This document shows, piece after piece, positions 49,607 to 64,000 of a stretch of DNA of 64,000 nucleotides. Under the pieces are notes generated by a model. The model was not told where the DNA came from. It did not search any database and saw only the letters and a program-made list of their open reading frames with translations. A program made the position numbers and the translations under genes. Position 1 is the stretch's first letter, and every line of letters starts with the position of its first letter. This DNA is from the human T2T-CHM13v2.0 reference genome, Homo sapiens, in assembly GCF_009914755.1 (NCBI RefSeq), contig NC_060933.1; one strand, given 5' to 3'.

Positions 49607-50443
49607 TACACTCCACTTACAGTAACACGGGCCCCCAAAGAGGAATCCCAAAGAGGAGTCGCCCTCTTGCCCCCTTCTGCCTGTATGGTCTGGGTGTGCT
49701 CAACTCTATCCTCAGATCCAGAGGAGGGCCCTGACTGGTCTAAGCCAATCCGCATACCCCACTCCTGACCACTGTGATTGATTCAGAGTGTTGGCCCTTT
49801 TCATAGAGGAGGAAGCTGAGCCTGGGAGAGGTGAAGCTGCTTCCCCAGGGTACTCCGCACTCTCCCTTCTCTGCAAAGGACTGGGGAGGAAGCAACTCTT
49901 CTCAGGGGAGTCGCTGAGGCCTGGCCTGTGCCTTTCCTTGTAGTGCACAACAGGGGCTAAAAATCTCCTCTACACCCACCCACATTTCTGAAAAAGGACA
50001 TGGGAAGTAGAAATACATTCCAATCAGAAAGTTCCTTGCTGGGGGCGGGGGCCTCCTGGCACAGCCTTTCTTATGCAGAGCAGAGACTCGGACTTGGCAT
50101 CAGGGCTCACCTCCCACCTCTGCCCAGGGCAGGCTCTCTGCTCCTGGCGGCTGCGATACAGCCAGCTGGGCGACCCTGGGCAAAGCCTTGACCTCTTTAG
50201 GCCTCACACACCTAACCAGTAGAAATCAGTAATGAGACTGCAAATGTGGCTTTTATTTTAATTTTCCATACACTCCACTTACAGTAACATGGGCTCCCAA
50301 AGTTCCTTTGAGGAGTCACCCTCCTGCCCTTCTGCCTGTATGGTCTGGGTGCGCTCAAGTCCATCCTCAGATCCAGAGGAGGGCCCTGACTTGTCCAAGC
50401 CAATCTGCACACCCCACTCCCAGCCACTGTGATTGATTCAGAG
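49607..50443. repeat. Spaced direct repeat pair, 49607-49788 and 50269-50443
   Basis: Both run tacactccacttacagtaaca ... atcctcagatccagaggagggccctgact ... ccactgtgattgattcagag. Confidence 0.93.
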
Positions 50444-50978
50444 GCTGCCTGGGACCCAGTCCCAGCTAGTGAAAGTCAGGCCCAGGACATCAGTGCAATC
50501 ATTAGGGGCATGAACCCCTGCTTTCCACCAGCTCAGAAGCTGAGAAAATGTAAGAGCGGGAGCTGCGGCAGCCACTTCGTGGGCATGACGGGTGTGGAAC
50601 GGAATGAAACCAGCACAAAGGGAAAGAGAGAAACCAGACCCAGCTGCAGAATGGCTTTTCCAGGGATGGGGAATGGGAAGAAAAAGGGGAGATAGCGAGA
50701 GAATGAGGGAGGGGGCACCTCTGCTGGGAACTGGATGAATATGTTCACTTTAAAGTTATGGGGTCACCATGTTTCTACGAGGTAGACAGCCAAAGTCAAG
50801 ATCGAGAGCAAGAGGGAGAGACAGAATGAATGAATGAATGGATGGTGCACAGAGGAAAAAGGAGACCAGAGAGGCAAGAAGGAGGCGAGCCAGCATCCAG
50901 TCCCTGGCTCCAACATCTGCTGAGATAGCCCTGTATCCTTATCCTACCGCCCCCTTCCCCCACCTTTCTTCCCTAAGC

Positions 50979-51163
50979 CAGTGGTTCTCAATTTGATTGT
51001 GCAACAGAATGCTGGCAGAGCTTCTGGAAACACAAACTGCTGGGCCCCAGCCTGGGAGCTCTGATTCAGTAGCTCTGGGACAGAGCTGAGAATGTGCATT
51101 TCTAGCAAGTTTTCAAGGGACGCGGACGCTGCTGGTCAGGGCATCACACCTGGAGAACCACTG
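50979..51163. mobile_element. MER5A (hAT-Charlie)
   Basis: Terminal inverted repeats cagtggttctc...gagaaccactg. 8-bp TSD-like ccctaagc/gcataagc. Confidence 0.85.
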
Positions 51164-51521
51164 GCATAAGCCCACCTACACAGGGCCCCCGGGGTCTGGG
51201 GGAAGCTGCTAGAGAGGGAGGGTGTCTTTCCGCCAGTGCCCGTTTCCCTCAGGTCTCCAGGGGAGCTTCCCCAGGCTGGCAAGGGAAGGGATGGACAGGA
51301 AGCAGCCCTGTCCCTTCCCTCTGCATCCCCCCTCCGTCTCATCCTCTCCCCTCCCATCCCCTTTCATCCTTTCCCAGCCCCTCAGGTCCTCTCCTGACCC
51401 CAGGCACAGCCAATTTCCATTCTGGGGCTGTTTTTCCCAGATTCCTCTGCCCTCCCTGACAACACCCATTCAGGAGGCAGTGTTCAAACAGGTACAGGAT
51501 GCAGAGAAGGGTGCCAACCAG

Positions 51522-51662
51522 GACGCAGGGGGTGCCAGCCAGTCAAAGAGCACCGGCTGAAAGGCGGACAGCCCCGGTGGGGCACAGCACCCCCTGCAGC
51601 CTGCACAGCAGGGGACAGGCCTGCGGCTTTGAGCGCAGCTACTCCTGAGCGCCCCCCGCTGC
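51522..51662. promoter_or_regulatory. Cluster of three CTCF-like core motifs in a GC-rich non-repeat segment
   Basis: GACGCAGGGGGTGCCA (+, 51522-37), GCTGCAGGGGGTGCTG (-, 51585-600) and GCAGCGGGGGGCGCTC (-, 51647-62), compared by eye with CCAGCAGGGGGCGC. Confidence 0.5.
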
Positions 51663-53057
51663 TCCCCGCCACTGTGCTGTCTCCACGCCAGCTTTGATGT
51701 GTCACGTCAGCAGCAGGGCTTTCAGAGGCCGCTTCTAGAAGCCCTGCCAAACTGTCTTAGCAGGAATCAGCCTCCCTCCTTGCAGAGCACTGTGATGCTC
51801 TCCCACCCCAGCCCCCAAAGTCTGGCATTTGGGGAGAATCAGGGAGAAGCTGACAGTGCAGTGAGGCCGCTCCTGGCCACAGAGAAGGCTCAGCCCCGAC
51901 TCAGGCCCCTGGCCCCGGGTCTCCCTGCTCGGTGGCACCGCAGCACCCAGTTGCTCCCGTGCTGCTTCCGTGCACTTAAGGGCAGGACAGGCTGTGTTTG
52001 CTGCAATTTGGATTTTTCTCTCTTCCCCTCCAGCACCCAGTGCGGCTTTGGTGGGTTTCCCGGCCTGGGGGCAGACTCGCTGATCTCCTAGCCCTCCAAG
52101 GTGCCGCCCGCTGTTTTGCTGTTCTGAGGCAGCCAAGTGTGCAGGTGCCAACCCTGGCTCTGCCCCTGGGGCGTCACTTGACTTCTCCCCAGTGGGCTTT
52201 CTCACACTGGGATGGCATGAGCCTGCATCTTCCTGTCCCATCTCCAGGCCCCACTCTCAGGGATCCTAATGTCCCTGTGTCAACATGGTGAGTGATGCCT
52301 GCTCAGAAGTTGTGGGCATTTTGAGCTACAGTGTGATCTTGGGAAGTAGAGCAGGGAGGGGAACAGGTGAGATGCCCTGATCTGACCCCCACACCCCCCT
52401 TCTCCATAAAGGGGCTCCTCCTGGTAGACGAGGGAAACCCAGTAGTCGGACTTGAGCTCCCCTCAGAACTGACAGAACATCCTTTAGAGACAACTCCCAT
52501 TCCAAAGTTACTGCTGCTCGGAGCTGTCAGAGCAGGTTAGGAGACAGCAGGAACTGCCTCCTAGAGTTTGGGAGGGGGAGACAGGAGGGTTGGGGGACCA
52601 GAGACAAGAGGAGGGAGGAGAGAGGAGAAGAGGCTTCAAAGGAAGAGAGCAGACCTCATAGCGTGGCACCCAGACAGGCGCACGGAAGGACGTGGCAGCA
52701 AGAGAAACCCTGGACTGGATGAAGGCCAGGAAATTTTCACAGGAGTGACGGAGCCTGGTGCTCCAGTTTCCCTGGGTAGAGCAGTCACCTCCTCTACCCC
52801 AAGCCTTCCAAAAAGGCCTGCTCGACGCCACTGCCTGGAGCTGTTGACTCAGGAAAGGGAGGGAGAGACTGAGGGCATTCCCACTGTGTCTCAGTTCAGC
52901 CTCAAGAAATGGGAGCAGCAAGGCCAGCTGGAGATGGAGTGGCCAGAAGTGAGGGAGACACCAGGCAGGACTGGGAAGCAACATCTGTGGGCTGTTTCCT
53001 AGAAATCCTCAGAACTACTTGGAGGGGACTATGTTTCTTGTGTGCAGACAGAGGTAG

Positions 53058-53338
<281 letters not shown>

Positions 53339-54172
53339 TAAACAGTAGAAATTGAAGGCTCATAAGTACAGGATCAGCACCTGAGAGTGGCTCCTCAGTG
53401 GCCTTCCCCCTCTCCCCCTTCTCCTCCCTTCTCCTCCCCTACCCTGTCCCCCTCCTTCCCCGTCTCCTCCCCCTCCTCGACCCGGGTCTTCCTCACCTGA
53501 GCCTTTTTGTGGTGTTTATGATGTTGAGTCAGACTGTGGGCTTAGAGACAGGGCCAGAGAAAGCAGATGAAGGAAAAAAGACTCGGCTGAAAAGATGAAT
53601 TCAATTAACTTAATAAATGGGAAGAACGGGAGGCAAAGGTGGCCTCGGGCTGGGGTTCCAGGGGCAGCGTTTCAGGGGAACGGGCCTGTGGAGAAGGTGT
53701 TAGGGCCACTACTGTGGGAAGAAAAGGTGGGGGTTTCTGCAGTATTACTGGAAACCATGTCCCTTTCACGGTGTTCGGCGAGAGGACTGGGGCCATTTTG
53801 ACATTCATTTCGATGGCTCTGACCATGTCCTTGGGTCCCTGATCCCCTCCAGGAAAAGCTGTGGGGTCAGCATCTAGACAAAATCACTCAGGGGAGCCAG
53901 TCGCCAGCCAATGACCTTGGCTGGTGTCCAGGGACAGCCAGCGTCTTCAGGGCATCAAACGTCTCTTCCAGCCCGGCCTGGACCCAGAAGCATCACATGT
54001 CCCTGATGGTCCAGTGAGGGAGGGGCCTGAGCAGGAGAGGGCCCAGGAGCCATAAGAACACCATCTCCTCGGCGAGATTTATAACTCTGGCTGGCCTGGT
54101 GGAATCCTCAGTGACACTTCTAGGTGTGATAATGTGTCTCTATGCGTTTACTGAAAAAGGGCCCTTATCTTT

Positions 54173-54715
54173 GGGTTGCGGAAATAAATGAAGACCTCCC
54201 AAATGAGACAAGCCAAGGCTGTTTACTCAGAGCTTGCTGGGCAAGGGAGTCAGCCAGCATCGTTCACATCTGGCGGACTCGAACGCAGGTAGAGGACAGG
54301 GAGAGTTCTAGAGGAAAAGGGAAGGCTCCAGGCATGCCTGAAGGAGGCTGCTGCTGGGGAGCTGGAGGTGTCTCTCTAGAGGTGGGCATTCTACAGGACT
54401 AGACAGGGGAGCATGTTTGGCTTTCTCTGGCTGGTCTCAGGTTGGAAGCAGGAACAAAAACTAGAGACACTGCCAGTTATTAATCATGCCCTGGCCATTT
54501 GGGATAGGTGGCTATAGGGATGACTTAGTTCAGCTTCCTGGACTATTGGAAGAGAGAGCAGCCTGGCTTCCTGCAAGCCTGGCACAGCAGGTGGCTTCCC
54601 GGGTGGGCTCTTGCAGGTCATGGGTTGGTCTCCTGGGTGGGCTGCTGCAGATTGTGGGGCAGAGTCTTATGTTTACAGGAGGTCTTGCCATTGTCCACAC
54701 TGAATATTCAATCTC
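54173..54715. mobile_element. Probable ERV solo LTR, subfamily not identified
   Basis: ggacaagccaaggctgtttactcagagcttgct...gcaagggagtcagcca-type segment resembles an LTR end I recall. Not verified. Confidence 0.45.
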
Positions 54716-56143
54716 AGTAGATCTGGACTAAAACACCCATGGGGAAGGTCAAATGCTGTCTGGGTTTGCTTTAAAATAACCCAGGGCAGGGGGAGCAGGT
54801 GAGGGTGCAACCCAAGGCTAGACTGCCATGAGCTGACATCTGTCGAAGCAGGGGATGGATCCATGGGGGTTCTCAGACTATCCTCACTGCTTCTAGATAT
54901 TTTTATGAGATTTCACAACAAACACTTAAAAACAAACAAAAATCCCTGGCCACTGTGAACCCCCAGCATCCTGGGGCACCATCCCCGTGGGCTTTGTGAC
55001 ACTGCCCGATTCCAGACCGTTCCATGCCTTAGAACATTACAGTGTGCCCTTTGGGAAGGCTTTGCTTAGTGTAACTGTGGTTATGGCTCCAGGGGGTCCC
55101 TAAATCTTGCAGCCTGTACCCCCTTCCCAGCCCAGAGCCAGTGCCTAGGACTTAGTAGGTGCTCAGGACTAACGTAAATGAATTAGTAAATGAATTGAGT
55201 CAAACAAGCCACCGATTAATTGCTTTATTGAAGGTTCCCTGGCTCCCATACCCTGGCTTGTGCTTAGTTTTATGGGACCATCAGTCTCCTCACTGGCTGG
55301 AAGCTTCTGGGGTAAGGAGAAGAAACTCATCTTTGACTCTCCCACAGCACTGCAGAATAGTGCTTGGCAAAAAGGCAGTTAGGAAGTATTTCAGAAACCA
55401 CTGGGAAATGCCTAAGATGGAGATGTCTTGGTTAACAGTGGCAACGTAAGAGAATTCTGCTTAGGAGGGCAAAGCTAAGACTAGCAGGAGAAAATCAGGT
55501 ATTTGAAGGTATCACTACTACTTGCAAAAAGAGCCATAAAGATTCCAAATCAGCAGACAATTTAAAGAGGACATTTAATGAGAGGCCTTGACTGGCAGGC
55601 ACTGTCTGCAGACAAGGCCACGCATGGCCGAGCCTGCCATGTGCCCACTCGCTCTTCAGAACATTTTACTCTTTGATGAGGCCTGACATCCAGGCCTTTC
55701 ATCTTCCCTCCACCAGAGTTTCTGAGCCAAGGACCCCAACAAGACACCCTTGAAAGCACTTCAATGTGGTTTGAAATATGTTGATAATTAGCAAAATGAA
55801 ACCCAGGAGGAATTTCCTTAAACTCCCTCCTCTCTGTTGAATTTTATAAAGCTAATAAAAACATTTTTATCCTACAAAAAAGCCTTCCCCAAGAAAGCTT
55901 ATCTTCTGCAGAAAATGAGATAACCACTTTCTTTCTAAAACCATATTCCCAGCCCGAAAGGCTGGTGTCCCCGCAAGCTGAAGCCACACAGTCCAACTCC
56001 TGCAAGACTGCAGGGGCGGCTGGGGGACTGACTTGCCGTGGGGGTGGCCGCCTTGCTGAGCCAGGCTTTCCTTCTCTATCAAGCTGCTGTCATAGGCAGA
56101 CTTGGGGCTGGGGGTCTGTCGAAGTCACACCCCTTTCTCTCTC

Positions 56144-56442
56144 TTTTTTTTTTTTTGTTAACACAGAGTCTTATTCTGTCGCTCAAGCTGGAGTGCAGTG
56201 GTGTGATCTTGACTCACTGCAACCTCAGCCTCCTGGGTTTGAGCAATTCTCCTGCCTCAGTCTCCTGGGTAGCTGGGAATATAGGCACCCACCACCATGC
56301 GCACCTAATTTTTTTGTATTTTGGTAGAGATAGGGTTTCACCATGTTGGCCAGGCTGGTCTCGAACTCCTGACTTCAAGTGATCTGCCCACCTTGGCCTC
56401 CCAAAGGGCTGGGATCATAGGCGTGAGTCATTGCACCCAGCC
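56144..56442 (-). mobile_element. Alu (AluS/J-like); an isolated Alu fragment follows at ~56730-56786
   Basis: Full dimer. Confidence 0.92.
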
Positions 56443-56471
56443 CATCCATACCTCTCATCTGTGAGAACTGC

Positions 56472-58377
56472 CATCCCCCACCAACCAGGAGTCTTCATAG
56501 CCACATCTGAGCTCTGTGGCCTCACTGAGCCCTCACTGCACACCCCTCAACAGAGCTGACTGTGCCTGACACGTGACTAGCTAGCCCGGGCAGATCCCCC
56601 TTCCTGAGGATTTGGCTTTGAAGCTGCCTTTGTGGGTGGTCTGAACCGAGAACACAGGAGACAAGAATGGAGTGGTGGTCACGAGTGGCTGGGAGCATGG
56701 CAAGAAAGACAGAAGAGAGGAGGAAGAGTCCCTGCCTCAGCCTCCCAAGTTGCAGGGACTACAGGCACGTGCCACCATGCCCAGCCAGAAGGAATTTTGA
56801 AGAAATATTTTGAGTTTCTATTTGTATTAAAGAGAAATAATGTGATCAAGCCTTATATTTCCCTTTAGAAGATGTTTTTCAAATATCGAGCTGTTGGTCT
56901 TTTAGAAACAACACCCACACCTCCTGCAATGCTCCCCAGCGTGTGTGGGAGGGACAGGGGGAATGGGCACTGCCCGGACCAGAGGGTGGGCTGTGCAGCA
57001 GGGTGCCCAAGGCTATGGGAGGGAGACGCCTCTAAGGTACAGAACATGGGGGCTTTCCACTCTGGGGACAGCTGGACAGCTGCCCTTTCAACTGCTGGCG
57101 CAGCCCAACCCTGCATCTCCTGGCGCGGGCCGCCAGGTTCAGCACTTGCCTCCATGCCTTTACTCGGCTGAGCCTAAGAAGAAAAAGAGCAAGCCTGGAC
57201 CATCCCACCAAGGGCTTGGACAAAACAGCCTCCTTCACTCGACCCGTGATCCTTTCCCACTGCAAAAACTCACCTCGGTACCCAACAGGACGTGAGCCCA
57301 GTAAAGAATTATCTTCTTCCTTCCTTCACACCCTGCCTGTATCTCATTTTACCCCAGCATTTTCTTGTACTCAATCAAAAATGAAATGGGAACAAACCAA
57401 GCAATGGTCAGGTGGCAGTGGGTGTGGCAGTGGGCACTGCTGCTGTGTGCCTACCCCTGTCCCCGGGGCCAGTCCTACCTTCCTTTGCAGATAAAGCCTT
57501 CTGGCTTCGGTGGCCGTATAGGAAAACTCATTTAAGATCAGGTTCTCCAGGGTGAGGAGACTGCTGTTCAGATGTTTGCAGAGCCACATTGCCTGAAGAA
57601 AGGAAAGAAGAAAAGGGCATTTTCATAAAAACAATAAATACACAAATGACTCCATTAAAATGCCCTGGTCCTTCCCTCTCCTATGGGAAAAGGTTGGCCA
57701 TGGGGAAGCACAATTATTTCCAGCTGGAGGACGGCCACCAAGGGAGACCCACCCATAAAGCACCTGCTGGCCTAAGAGCCCTGCTCATAGCATCTCTTCT
57801 TCTACCAGCATAGACTTAAATGAAGTGGGAAGACCTACAGGCAGGTTACATTTTAGCTGCCCTTGGCGTGCTTTCCAAGCTCTGTGGACCATGAGTTTCA
57901 TCTCAAGGAAGACTCAGAACAGGAACTTTGAGGACAGAACCTAAGGATGGGTAACAGCCCACACTCAGTGTTCTTTTTTTTTTCTTAAAGATTGGGAGCT
58001 GGCATGTGCTGGCCAATGGGATGTTTAGTTCATTGATAATTACTCTATAGTCTATAAGGGAAGAGTAAATTTTAAGGGAGAATAATGGACTAAAACATTC
58101 TTGACACCAAAATTGTGCTGATGACTATTTCAGCCTCGAGATGGTTCTGAAGGCCCTTCCAGGGCCTGGGGCTGGTGTGAACCTGCGTTCTTCCTGTTCC
58201 TTCATTCATCCCCTGCCAACCAGGAGTCTTCATGGCCACATCTGAGCTCTGTGGCCTCACTGAGCCCTCACTGCACACCCCTCAACAGAGCTGACTGTGC
58301 CTGGGACACCTGACCAGCTAGCCCAGGCAGATCCCCTTTTCTGAGGATTTGGCTTTGAAGCTGCCTTTGTGGGTGGT
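56472..58377. repeat. Spaced direct repeat pair, 56472-56640 and 58207-58377, flanking exon 4
   Basis: Manual alignment gives 8 substitutions plus one 2-nt indel over ~170 bp. Confidence 0.95.
57479..57592 (-). CDS. AK8: AK8 coding exon (exon 4), 114 nt
   Basis: ttcAG|GCA ATG TGG...AGG AAG|GTagga. Encodes [38 protein letters not shown] (part of ORF 57371..57589). Phase 0-0. Confidence 0.97.
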
Positions 58378-59353
58378 GAGAAACCTCAATGACAGCATTG
58401 GGAAGAAGCCCTTTTTGACTGTACATCATATCATCAGATCTGTGTGTCTCCAAAGGGCACTCAGGAGTGGGGACAGCAATTCACCAAAAGGCTTGTTGCT
58501 GAAACACCAGCTGCCAGGGCCTGACCTCGACAGAGAGGACAAACTCGATCGCTTCAGCCATGCTGGGACTTGCCGAAAGCAGGTCTCTGCGTTCTGAATC
58601 TGCTCTGCCCAGCAGATTCCTACCAGTGACCAGAGAAGAGCTAGGACAGGACGAAGCACAGATGGCCCCAGAATTCAAATGTCAAAGACAAAAGGAGAGC
58701 CTCCCACTGAGCAACCAGACTCCTCCAGAAAAACGAGTTCAACGAGCTTGTCTGTCTAAATGCAGGATCTGTCATCCTCATTCCCAATGTCAGAATTACC
58801 TGGGGAGTGTGTTCTAACTACTAGTTTTTTGGGGCTCTGCTCCAGGAGATTCTGATGAGGTTGGTCTGCAGGGGACTCCAGGAACCTGCATTTTTCATAG
58901 CACCCTGGAAATGCTAATGATCAGCAGGTCTGGGAGTCCCTGGCTTCTAATTGTGAAACAGCAAAATGGTTGGACTCAGGTGGGTCCTGCAGAAAGGCTT
59001 AGAACCCTACGGCCTGATATGGAGGAATCTAATAGAAAAACTATAGACTGACAGAAGGGTGAGCAGATGGACAGATGAGTAGAACAGCTATGCTAACTCC
59101 AAAAGTATAGCAGATGCAGGTTAGTTTGTGCAAGGATCAGTCATTTTAACTCCTTTTCAGAAGAAAGCAAGGTGCCAGTTAAACCGGGGAACAGCCTGCC
59201 CCATCCCGTCCATGATACATGCTCACAGCAATGATGTGGTCACAGAGGAAGGGTTCGCTGATGTTCACCAATCAGGCTTTTAAAAGGTAAAAAAGGTCCC
59301 ATCTTGGATGAATGAAATTTTAACACATTTTTGGCACTTAAAAATGGACCTTA

Positions 59354-60082
<729 letters not shown>

Positions 60083-60717
60083 TCACTGTCCAGAAAAGGG
60101 CATTCACTGTCCAGAAACTGGTGATGTGTGAAAAAGTGTGGGCGAGGTGGGCCCAGGCATTTGCTGTATCTTCAAAGATGTATTTTCTTTAAAATGAGGA
60201 GAGAACAAACAAAGCAAATATGGCAAGATGTTAAATTTGCATAAAATCTGGGAGTTGGATACGTGAATATCGATGGTACAGTTTGCTGTGCTTTTCTGAT
60301 TCTTTTAAGTATTTCACAATTAAAATGCTCAGAGTAAATATTAAGATTCCAAGTCAAAGTCTATGAAATGCGTGTACTGTTGGACCCAGCACGTGTACTT
60401 CTGGAAACGTACCCTAAGGATATAGCGAAGGGTGAGCAAGGAGAGCGTGTATGCAGGCCAGAAAAAGCCCAGGAAGGTGTCTCCGAGCATGCTAAAGGAA
60501 TGCTCATCTCTGGATGGTCAGGGAATTCTATTTTTGGTCTTTTGTAGTTTCTAGGTTTTCTGCTATGAATACACACTACCTTTTGTAATAAGAAGGAGGA
60601 GAAGGAAAAGAAGAAAAGCTCAGTTATGCTACAAATTCACGGAGGTGCAGTCTCATTCCAGCTCTGGAGGATCAATGAGATATTACAGCATCACAACACT
60701 TAATATGATACACTTAC

Positions 60718-60767
60718 TATTGTTGTTTTCCCTGAGGCGGGTGGACCTAATATTACAATCCTGGGCA
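60718..60767 (-). CDS. AK8: AK8 coding exon (exon 3), 50 nt, first P-loop
   Basis: Minus strand reads cacAG|TG CCC AGG ATT GTA ATA TTA GGT CCA CCC GCC TCA GGG AAA ACA ACA ATA|GTaagt = (V)PRIVILGPPASGKTTI, a Walker A motif. Phase 1 to 0. Not in the ORF track. Confidence 0.96.
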
Positions 60768-61402
60768 CTGTGGAATAAAAAGATTTGAATGTCACCACTC
60801 AACATGACAAGCAGCCTCCCACACCTGCGGTACTCGGGGTGTACTTATTTCTCCCTCCCTAGATTTCATTTTCTGCCAGTGACACGGCCATTTGTAACCC
60901 AGCAGCTCAGAGACACTCTTGCCATGGAACGCATTCTCTGTGTTCAGAGAGGTAAGTGATCACCGAGATGGTTTATTCTTCTGCCTCCAAGGGGACAGAG
61001 ACACGGTAACTTGTTTACCAAACTCATAAATATCAAGAACAATTGGGATTTCAAACACCACAAAGCATTTTAAACAGGGACTTTGTCTCAGGAACGCTCT
61101 CTCCAATAAGGCTGTAATTTATGCAAATCGACCTTAGAAGCTTTTCTTTATGTTTATGCCGTTTTATTTAGCAAATTGTATTCCCCATGATTTTACAGAG
61201 GGAAGTAATGGGAAAAGCCTGGAGTGTATGGGCCAGATTTATAAAACCCAAGAAAGGAAAGTCTGTTTTCAAAGATGGGCATTTCTATGCAAATGGAAAA
61301 CACTGGCACCTTGTTTGATTTTAGTCCTGGCTGGTTTTGGTCCCACAGAATTCCCAACCCAGGCTACTGACAAGAGTGTGATATGAACCACAGGCTCCTG
61401 AA

Positions 61403-63602
<2,200 letters not shown>

Positions 63603-64000
63603 CATGGGAGGTTTGTGGGGAGGAGTGGCAGGGAGGGTGGTCAAGGGTGGAGGAGCCTTGGGCCACGAGGCAGAGGGCTCGTGTGGATCATGGAGAGAGC
63701 GCCTGCTTGGCCAAAGTCTGATGAGGGAGCAGTGGGGAACCTGGGTCCACTCATGCACCATCGCCTGCTGCCTCTCCAGGGCTCTGACCACAGGCCCTGC
63801 TGAAGCTCCTCCAAACACAGATGAGGCCCAACAGGGCTCAGGGCGCCCAGAGCCCAAGGAAAGGGGAGATGCAGCTCGGCAAGGGCCTTTGGGGAGCGAA
63901 CCTGACTCCACGCATTCATCTGAGAGTTCCCGGGCTGGGGGCTGCAGGGGAAACCCTCCCCTTCCAGGTTCCTGTAAGTGGCACCCAAATGGTACATGTC

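Overview
Primate, almost certainly human, genomic DNA lying wholly inside the adenylate kinase 8 gene (AK8, 9q34 from recall), transcribed on the minus strand. I located eight consecutive coding exons by hand: 60718-60767, 57479-57592, 48671-48739, 22469-22550, 21837-21908, 20678-20878, 17029-17160 and 8409-8498 (exons 3-10 by my recalled numbering). All have GT-AG boundaries and compatible phases, and they splice to 810 nt containing both P-loops (GPPASGKT and GPVGSGKS). The rest is intron: many Alus (several nested), old L1 fragments, MaLR LTRs, MER2/MER5A/MER20/MER58A DNA transposons, MIR/L2, a truncated U6 pseudogene, a 68-bp x14 VNTR and a 30-bp TA-rich tandem array. Nearly all ORFs in the supplied track are artefacts. 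I see no evidence of a new protein-coding system. The most unusual signal is structural: several short, spaced, direct duplications or templated insertions (24-300 bp, copies 0.4-1.9 kb apart), concentrated in 43-64 kb. One pair brackets the in-frame exon 4. There is also an Alu with an apparent ~72-bp target duplication, a 23-bp-stem hairpin and a three-motif CTCF-like cluster. Repeat subfamily names come from remembered consensus sequences and need RepeatMasker confirmation.
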